From contig CAVYGN010000002.1 in the NCBI GenBank assembly GCA_963768055.1, positions 64,001-128,000 on the forward strand: DNA of 64,000 nt. Direction: 5' to 3'. The stretch comes from an uncultured Spirochaetota bacterium. Its GTDB lineage: Bacteria > Spirochaetota > Brevinematia > Brevinematales > JAOACQ01. Below the pieces are notes generated by a model that saw only the letters and a list, made by a program, of their open reading frames with translations, was not told the DNA's origin and did not search any database. A program made the translations under genes and the position numbers. Below are positions 47,846 to 55,257 of this stretch, piece after piece; position 1 is the first letter of the stretch, and each line of letters opens with the position of its first letter.

Positions 47846-48613
47846 TCATCTCTGAATACCTGCAAGCGCTCCCCCATCAATAGGGATTATACAGCCTGTA
47901 ATATATGAGGAAGCCTCGGAACACAAAAACATTACAACTTGAGCTACCTCTTCTGTTGAGCCTTCTCTTTGTAAAGGTATCATTTTTTTTATTATTTTTT
48001 CGGAATCCGGACCTGAAAAATACCTTTCTTCGTTGATCGGAGTTTTTATCAAACCCGGACAAATAGCATTAATTCTTATTTTATACTTAGCAAAATCCAG
48101 AGCAAGGGCTTTTGTTAGGCCTATAGCTCCATGTTTCCCTGCACAATAATCCTCGACCAGATTTGTGACTGAAATACCCCAGCCGGAGGATGTATTTATA
48201 ATTGAGCCTCCCCCATTCTTGATCATATATTCAATTTCAAATTTCATACATAACCACAAACCCTTCAAATTAATGTCTATTGAATAATCCCATTCCTTCT
48301 CTGTTCTTTCAAGGATAGTTTTCCGTGATGAAGAAACACCGGCATTATTGAATGCATAGTCAAGCCTTCCGAAATGATCAACCGTTTTCGAAATAAAATT
48401 TGCGACATCGTCAATTTTTGATACATCACATTGAATAAACAGGCAATCACCACCCGCTTTTTTAATATCATTTGAAGTTTCGGCTCCCTTTTTTAAATCA
48501 CGCCCGCAAACCGAAACTTTGGCTCCTTCCTTTGCAAATGAAAAAGCGGCTGCCCTGCCGATGCCGGATGTTCCGCCGGTTATTGCAATAACTCGATCTT
48601 TGAATCTCAACAT
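47846..48613 (-). CDS. classical SDR (FabG/glucose-1-dehydrogenase-like oxidoreductase)
   Basis: TGGTSGIG, NNAG, NTSS, YCAGK, ICPG and DGG motifs. Confidence 0.92.
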   Translation of the reverse strand: MLRFKDRVIAITGGTSGIGRAAAFSFAKEGAKVSVCGRDLKKGAETSNDIKKAGGDCLFIQCDVSKIDDVANFISKTVDHFGRLDYAFNNAGVSSSRKTILERTEKEWDYSIDINLKGLWLCMKFEIEYMIKNGGGSIINTSSGWGISVTNLVEDYCAGKHGAIGLTKALALDFAKYKIRINAICPGLIKTPINEERYFSGPDSEKIIKKMIPLQREGSTEEVAQVVMFLCSEASSYITGCIIPIDGGALAGIQR

Positions 48614-48672
48614 AGCATATCCTTTTTGATTTTAATAAATGTATTATGTGATAATTCCATTTTGAGGGCCGA

Positions 48673-49488
48673 TTATCTTGCGCCGGGGTAGACCCTGTAA
48701 ATCTTTTTTGACCTTTTATCTGTTAAAGCTTTAAATATTATTTTAGCGGCTGCATCCGGAGACATTCTTTTATCTTTAGACTTATTTTGCTCATTTATCA
48801 TTTTATCGAGTTGTTCTGAATAAAACTCCGCTTTATCAGGCTGCAATAGTCCGAAATGCTCTTTTAATTCTTTTACAGCTTTAATTTTTGCACTTGTTTT
48901 AACGCCGCGGCATTTTATTTTGATCACGGGTATTTTCCAGGGAGCCAGTTCATCATTCAAAGTATCAACTAAACAATTCAAAACGGCGTCGCACATATAG
49001 AGGCTTGAAACGAATGGGGAAGTCTTTTTAGAATCTGTTAAAATCCAGACGATTCTTCCATTATTTTCTTTAATCATAGGAAGAAATGTCTGAATCAATC
49101 CGATTGGCCCCAAAACTCTTGTTTCGATCTCTTCCCTTAATCTTTGAAGATTCATCAATTCAACAGGCGATAAGTATGCACCGCCGGCGTTATTAATCAC
49201 TGCGAATAATCCTTCCGGACCGAGTTTATTTAATTTCTCTGAGATAAAATCATGAGCCATAGCAATATGATCCTGATTTCTAAGATCAAACGGAAAAACC
49301 GGTATAAGATTTGGATTATTATAGGATATTAACATATCTGCATCGCTTTTTTTACGGACAGCAGCAAACACGTTAAAACCGTTATCGGCGAATAACAAAG
49401 CACAACTGAGGCCGATTCCCGAAGAAGTTCCTGTTATCAGAATACTTTTTCTTGGAAATGCCGCCTTTAATGAATTATCCCGTTTCAA
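48673..49488 (-). CDS. atypical SDR, paralogue of 35149..35988
   Basis: TGTSSGIG and AVINNAGG...SPVELM; the YxxxK position reads LYMCD. Confidence 0.8.
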   Translation of the reverse strand: MKRDNSLKAAFPRKSILITGTSSGIGLSCALLFADNGFNVFAAVRKKSDADMLISYNNPNLIPVFPFDLRNQDHIAMAHDFISEKLNKLGPEGLFAVINNAGGAYLSPVELMNLQRLREEIETRVLGPIGLIQTFLPMIKENNGRIVWILTDSKKTSPFVSSLYMCDAVLNCLVDTLNDELAPWKIPVIKIKCRGVKTSAKIKAVKELKEHFGLLQPDKAEFYSEQLDKMINEQNKSKDKRMSPDAAAKIIFKALTDKRSKKIYRVYPGAR

Positions 49489-49851
49489 TATTTATTTCCT
49501 TTAATTAATTCGGTAAATAAAATCGACAGAAGATGCAATAATATTTAAATTATGACTTAATAAAATAAATATTACAAAAATCATAGATTTGTGTTTTAAA
49601 ACTTATGCGAGGTGGGAGAAAACAGAGAGGCGATTTTTGATCATGATAATTTCGATAACCTTGACAGGATTATACTCTACTTTATAATAGTATATATTAT
49701 TATTAAACTAATTTAGCTTTTTAAATAGAAAGTAATTGGATTTCAAAAGATCAAGTTTCCGGATATAAAAACAGCTATTATCTACCCTATTTTTATTAGA
49801 GGAATAAATTAAAATCAATCTCCAGCAATATTTTATCAATCGAGGAATATT

Positions 49852-51165
49852 ATGAAAAGGCCTTTGTCTTCTATGGAAAATATACTTTATTTAAGGAATA
49901 AAATAACTCCCTATAATTGTTTTGTAAGCATACATATCAAAGGTACTCTTTCCACTGATGTATTCGAACAAGCTCTTGAAATGACAAAAAAAAGGCACCA
50001 ATATTTATTTTATTACATTCTTGAAAACAATAATGTAGCCGAGTTTTTTTATGATGCCAAAGCAAGCATTCCGGTGAGAGAAGTTTATAATGCTGAAGAA
50101 AATAATTGGGTTGATGAATGCAATGCCGAATTAAATATACCTTTTGATTTGGCTAAGGCTCCATTAGCAAGAGCTGTTATTCTAAGGAAAAAAGATGGAG
50201 CCGATATAATTATTATTTTTTCTCACATAATCTGCGACGCCGTTTCTATGGTCTATTTTGCATATGATCTGCTGAAGGTAATAGATCATTTATATGAAAA
50301 CCAGAGTATTGATTTTCTCGATGAATTACCGGATATTTATCCGGAGGTGAAATATTTACCCGATATATCAAAACAATTACATTCATACGAGAAAATTGAA
50401 AAGACTATAGCATACAATAATATAAGTGATAATAATTACCCCATTGAAAAGCGCTCTACTAATATCATTACCTGCTGGCTGAATGAAACGCAAACCGAAT
50501 ATATTATTAGTCAATGTAAAAAAAGAAATATAACCGAAAATTCTCTAATTGCTGCCGCTTTAATAATAAATATGAAAAATTATATTTTCAATAAATATCA
50601 AATAAATAATAATTTTATGATAAAAACAGGCTCATCATTAAATGTAAGAAAATATTATTTATGTGATATTAATAATTCGCAATTCGGATGCTGGGATAGA
50701 AACGGATTTATTGATTTTAAAGTTGAGGAAATAACAAATCTTTGGGATTGTGCCTTGATATATGATGATCGTTTAAAGGAATTGATTGAAAAAGGCAAGC
50801 CATTTTCAATACAAAAAGAAAGAGTAAATGATTATTCAAATTATTCAATGTCTGATATTATAAAAAAAAATGAAAATTCAACTCCTTTTGTCGGATTAAT
50901 TAATCTTGGAAAATTTGAATTGAATGAATATTTCAATGGAAAGATAAAATTGGAAAAATTAAGTGTCGGAGGGCCGTTACATCTATATTGCAAAAACGAT
51001 TTGGGGTTTGGAATAGTTGATATAACTTATGATAATCGATTAAATTTAATATTTTATTATGTGAAGCCTACACGCACTCAAATTGAAGCGAAAATATTCG
51101 CCATGGATTTTTTAAAATTGATATTCGAAAACAATCAAGATTTACTAAAAGAAATTAATCTTTAA
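49852..51165 (+). CDS. stand-alone condensation-domain/PapA-like CoA-dependent acyltransferase
   Basis: RPLSxxE, PFDLAKAPLAR, HxxxD motif (SHIICDAVS) and NLGK. Confidence 0.8.
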   Translation: MKRPLSSMENILYLRNKITPYNCFVSIHIKGTLSTDVFEQALEMTKKRHQYLFYYILENNNVAEFFYDAKASIPVREVYNAEENNWVDECNAELNIPFDLAKAPLARAVILRKKDGADIIIIFSHIICDAVSMVYFAYDLLKVIDHLYENQSIDFLDELPDIYPEVKYLPDISKQLHSYEKIEKTIAYNNISDNNYPIEKRSTNIITCWLNETQTEYIISQCKKRNITENSLIAAALIINMKNYIFNKYQINNNFMIKTGSSLNVRKYYLCDINNSQFGCWDRNGFIDFKVEEITNLWDCALIYDDRLKELIEKGKPFSIQKERVNDYSNYSMSDIIKKNENSTPFVGLINLGKFELNEYFNGKIKLEKLSVGGPLHLYCKNDLGFGIVDITYDNRLNLIFYYVKPTRTQIEAKIFAMDFLKLIFENNQDLLKEINL

Positions 51166-51197
51166 TAAAAAAATAATTTATATGGAAAATTATCGTT

Positions 51198-51848
51198 ATG
51201 GAAGGATTTTTAATTGATTTTGATGGAGTCATTCTAAAAAATTTCCCTGATCTGGTTTCTAAATTTATTTATAATTATATAAATAAGTTAACACCTATAA
51301 ATTATGAAACAATAATATCGTTTGTACGCCTTTTCATAAGTTTTCCGACTAAGGATTTTTTTACATTTCTTTTTAATTCATTGGGAATAGAAGAACACTT
51401 TGAAGATTTTATAAATAAAGTTTCTAATTTGGAAGATAACGGTGAAATAAAATTCGAAATCGATGATTATTTCAATACTTTCATAGATAAATGTAATAAC
51501 AACCAAATAAATTTTAAAATATTCTCTATGGCTGATACTAGGAGAATTTTAAAAACAATTCATAATATTAAACTGGAAGATATTTATTCTTTATGTGAAA
51601 ATTCCAAATCAAATACAAGGACATTTTCTCATCTACAAAAAGAATTAAAAATTGATTTAAATAAATGGGTTTTAATTGATGACGATCCTTTTTCATTGAG
51701 ATCAGGCAAATTAAATGGAATGTTTACGATTATGATGCAAAATAATGTTTTTGGCGAATCAGAATATTATTTATATAAAGATTATATCGATGTTAAAGTT
51801 AATTCTTTTAAAGAAGTTATTGATTATTATTTTAAAGGCTTTCGATGA
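51198..51848 (+). CDS. HAD-superfamily hydrolase
   Basis: IDFDGVI, FS, K and VLIDD motifs. Confidence 0.75.
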   Translation: MEGFLIDFDGVILKNFPDLVSKFIYNYINKLTPINYETIISFVRLFISFPTKDFFTFLFNSLGIEEHFEDFINKVSNLEDNGEIKFEIDDYFNTFIDKCNNNQINFKIFSMADTRRILKTIHNIKLEDIYSLCENSKSNTRTFSHLQKELKIDLNKWVLIDDDPFSLRSGKLNGMFTIMMQNNVFGESEYYLYKDYIDVKVNSFKEVIDYYFKGFR

Positions 51849-51907
51849 ATATTAATGCCTGTATAATCAAATTAAGGCATGTGGCAAAATAATAATTGGA
51901 GAACAAT

Positions 51908-53203
51908 ATGCCGATTTTAGGCAGGGATTTGAATGAATTGGAAAACGCATGCTATCTGCAAAATAAAAGTGCGCCTTTTAACATTGTTATTTGCTTGCAC
52001 TTCAAAGGCTGTTTGGCGTATGAAACTTTTGCGGAAGCACTGGAAATAAACAGAGCCAGGCATTATTATTTATCCTGCTTTATAGAGGAAAAGGATGGGG
52101 TTCCAAAGTTCGTATATAATAATAATGTCAAAATTCCTATAAAAATTATGAATTCTGATTACGATAACCAATGGGTCAATGAATGTAAGGAACAGATGAA
52201 TTGCCCTTTTGATCTCGGGAAAGCTCCGCCTGCTAAAATAATCTGGATAATAAAAAATAATTCCTCTGATATAATTTTTAATTTTTCACATATAATATCT
52301 GATGGAATTTCCATGATGAATTTTATAATTGATTTATTTAAAACTCTGAATATTTTATTAAAAAAGGAAAAAATAACTATCAAGAAAGAAACCGAAATTT
52401 TTCCAGATATAAGGTATTTTCCTGATAATTTTGATAATTTGAATAAAAAAAAAGATGAATCCCTTATTATGGATTGGCTTGAAAAGGTAAAATCTTATAA
52501 GATTGAAAACAGGTCTTCCAATATAATAGTCTGCCAATTAAGTAAAGAAGAAACAAGGGAAATTATCAATAGATGCAAAAAAGAAGATACTACCATAAAT
52601 TCGATGCTTGCTGCCGCATTAATCTTAAGTATGAAAAATTATATCCTGCAAAAGTATGGTGTAACGGAGGATTTCCTGATTAATACCAGCTCGGGATTGA
52701 ATTTGAGGAAGTTTTATAAATGCGCCGTATCGGATCGTCAATTGGGGTGCTGGGCAGGAAAGGGTTATATTTTATACAATTCAAGAAATGTCGGGTCTTT
52801 ATGGGATTGCTCAAGGGACTATGAACAAAGATTATATCAAAATATCAATTCGGGCGCACCTTTCTTATATCTGAAAAAGAGTTTTGAAATTTTAAAGCGG
52901 TATCAAGCCGGTGAAAAAGCATTAAAAAAAGAAAATAATTTACCAAGTGTAATGCTTACAAATCTTGGTAAAGTAGATTATATCGATCTGTATAGTAACG
53001 AAACAAAATTAGAGAAAATCAGTTTTACTTCGCCGATGTACCGGAATTGGCCCAGTGATTTAGGTTTTGGAATTTGTGCTTTGACATACGATAATCAATT
53101 ATCGATGGTATTTCAATATATGAGTCCGGCATGGATCGATAGCGAAGCTAAAAAATATGTCAATAGCCTATTGAAGCTGATGGATATTAAGGCTAAAAAT
53201 TAG
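51908..53203 (+). CDS. stand-alone condensation-domain/PapA-like acyltransferase (paralogue 2)
   Basis: RDLNELE, PFDLGKAPPA, SHIISDGIS and TNLGK. The ATG at 51908 follows GGAG (the ORF track starts at TTG 51896). Confidence 0.8.
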   Translation: MPILGRDLNELENACYLQNKSAPFNIVICLHFKGCLAYETFAEALEINRARHYYLSCFIEEKDGVPKFVYNNNVKIPIKIMNSDYDNQWVNECKEQMNCPFDLGKAPPAKIIWIIKNNSSDIIFNFSHIISDGISMMNFIIDLFKTLNILLKKEKITIKKETEIFPDIRYFPDNFDNLNKKKDESLIMDWLEKVKSYKIENRSSNIIVCQLSKEETREIINRCKKEDTTINSMLAAALILSMKNYILQKYGVTEDFLINTSSGLNLRKFYKCAVSDRQLGCWAGKGYILYNSRNVGSLWDCSRDYEQRLYQNINSGAPFLYLKKSFEILKRYQAGEKALKKENNLPSVMLTNLGKVDYIDLYSNETKLEKISFTSPMYRNWPSDLGFGICALTYDNQLSMVFQYMSPAWIDSEAKKYVNSLLKLMDIKAKN

Positions 53204-53241
53204 GGGACAGACTGAGAATTTAAAATAAATCTCTAAAATTA

Positions 53242-54516
53242 TCAACCCTTCTTCCTGTCAGTCCTGAGATGGCAGAAACGCTTGACCGCTTGTTTCAGGT
53301 TGTCTTTATCCGCTTTCACAATCCTGTTTATATGAAAACCTCCGAAAAAACTCTCGTTTTCATTCCGGCTCCATCTCTGGTGACATCCTCCCCTGACAAA
53401 ACCGATCACCGGGAAATACATGATGAAGTCGTAATCTTTTTGAGACGCTTCCTCGCCCACGAATTCGCCTATTTCTATGCAGAAACCATTTAATGAAATA
53501 TCTATCAATTTCCCGACATAGTAATCTTCCTTATCGGAACTCCATAGGGAAGTGGGACAAAGTTCGGGATCGACGGGGTAAAACCTGTGAGCGGGGTTTG
53601 TCATGTTCCTTCCCTCGCGGAACCTTGAAAAGAGCTTTTTACTCATAATACGGCCGTCTATATCGAATTCAGTGCAGACCACGCCTTTTTGAAAAATTGA
53701 AACGAGGGCTTTAGCCCATGTCCATTCGCCGTTCTTATCGTCAATTCTTAAAAAATCGGCTTTCATCCCGATGGGATAATGGAGGTCGATGTAATCGATA
53801 AACTTGGCATTGAAAGTATTTAAAGCGATCTGGGAACCCTTTAACGGTATGTTGCCGAAAACATGGCAGCAGGCTATGGTCATCTGCCTCGCCGCTTCCA
53901 TGACCATCATGCCGGGGACATGCTCCTGGTGATGCTCGAAAAAAAAGCTGTGCCGCATATCTACAAGCATTTCGGCGTAAAAAACATTTTCCTTTTTAAA
54001 AGCTTCAATGGATTCGAAAATTTCATAAAGGATCATTTTTTCATGATTGGTGAGGCTGATATCCTTTTTGCTCAGGATATCCTGGATGGCCCTGTCCTCG
54101 AACTCTGAAAGGCTTTTCTTTAACAGGTAGCAATTGTACTTCTCGTTTTTCCTGTAATAGTTCATTAGAAAATCATGGTCTTTTTTAGAAAGCTTCAGAT
54201 CATTTTCAAGAAAATCTGCCTCGATCGTATGCGGTATATTAAAGAGAATATAACATTCCCTGTTATGAATTATCGGATCGGAGGTATCCTGTGATTCTTC
54301 ATTAACGGGCAGCGGAGCGCCCGGTTTATGGAAAATATAGTATTCCAGGAATATCGCTAAGTCCGGGAGCGTTAAAGAGGGTATGATGATGTTTTCAACA
54401 GTTTCCTTTTCGATGCAGTATGGAATGCTCCTTCGGAGACCCCTTAAAAAGACATTCTCCGGGTATTTCTTATGGACATATTTTCTATCGACAGCCTTGT
54501 CCGCGCCATTACGCAT
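53242..54516 (-). CDS. AfsA/ScbA-related hotdog-domain protein with C-terminal PilZ-like domain
   Basis: VDRKYVHK...ENVFL and HSFFFEH-x3-HVPGMMVMEAARQ are AfsA-family motifs. The C-terminal LIDISLNGF...VRG...RW...GFH reads as a PilZ-type barrel. Confidence 0.82.
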   Translation of the reverse strand: MRNGADKAVDRKYVHKKYPENVFLRGLRRSIPYCIEKETVENIIIPSLTLPDLAIFLEYYIFHKPGAPLPVNEESQDTSDPIIHNRECYILFNIPHTIEADFLENDLKLSKKDHDFLMNYYRKNEKYNCYLLKKSLSEFEDRAIQDILSKKDISLTNHEKMILYEIFESIEAFKKENVFYAEMLVDMRHSFFFEHHQEHVPGMMVMEAARQMTIACCHVFGNIPLKGSQIALNTFNAKFIDYIDLHYPIGMKADFLRIDDKNGEWTWAKALVSIFQKGVVCTEFDIDGRIMSKKLFSRFREGRNMTNPAHRFYPVDPELCPTSLWSSDKEDYYVGKLIDISLNGFCIEIGEFVGEEASQKDYDFIMYFPVIGFVRGGCHQRWSRNENESFFGGFHINRIVKADKDNLKQAVKRFCHLRTDRKKG

Positions 54517-54741
54517 AAAAAAGGTCTCCGTGGGTCGCAGTTAAATCCCCCGTACAAAAGACCCATGTTTTATTATAAAAACAAATAAATAAAAATATCA
54601 AGAATTGAAATATAACTGAATTGAAAAATAACATTTTTTCACTGAAAAAAGCAATAGAAAAAGGTTATAAAATTTATTTGACATAACGATATTGATTTAT
54701 TAAATTAAAAACAATATTTTACACTCTTAAAGGAGGGATGT

Positions 54742-55152
54742 ATGAAAAAAATCGTGATTTTAAGCTTTCTGCCCATAGTTTTGATCGCGGCGATGGCACT
54801 GGCGGCATCTAAAACTGCTGTTTACAACGGTTATTTATCCGACACTCTGTGCTATACTAACAAGGACAGCATAGCGTTCGACGGGGCGAACATGAAGACG
54901 AACCCTGAAAAACACACTGTAGTCTGCCTGAAAAACAAGTCTTGCGCGGCTTCGGGATACGGACTTTTAATCAAGAACGACAGCGGCACTTACGATTTTA
55001 CAAAATTCGACAATAACGGCAACAAGCAGATAAAAGCCTTGCTGAAATCGACAAAGAGAACAGACAACTATTATATTCAGGTTAAGGGCGTTATGGCTAA
55101 AAATATTATCAGAGTAGTGAAGATCAGCGAAGCCCAACCGGCCGGCAATTAA
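54742..55152 (+). CDS. small exported hypothetical protein with conserved Cys/His motif
   Basis: Signal peptide AMALAA; GYLSDTLC...HTVVC...CAASGYG; AGGAGG RBS. Confidence 0.7.
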   Translation: MKKIVILSFLPIVLIAAMALAASKTAVYNGYLSDTLCYTNKDSIAFDGANMKTNPEKHTVVCLKNKSCAASGYGLLIKNDSGTYDFTKFDNNGNKQIKALLKSTKRTDNYYIQVKGVMAKNIIRVVKISEAQPAGN

Positions 55153-55178
55153 GCATTCCAAAATCACAATTCAAAGCG

Positions 55179-55221
55179 TCGTCCCAAAAGCTTAAGTTCA
55201 AAGCGCTTTTGGGACGATTTC
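55179..55221 (+). terminator. strong hairpin (terminator or REP-like)
   Basis: TCGTCCCAAAAGC / GCTTTTGGGACGA perfect 13-bp stem, followed by only a short T run. Confidence 0.5.
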
Positions 55222-55257
55222 ATATATGGGTCAGGATAAGGGTATCAGGAGGGTCTT

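Noticed and set aside
49852..53203. NRPS cluster
   Set aside because: Only free condensation-like domains; no adenylation or carrier domains in the window.
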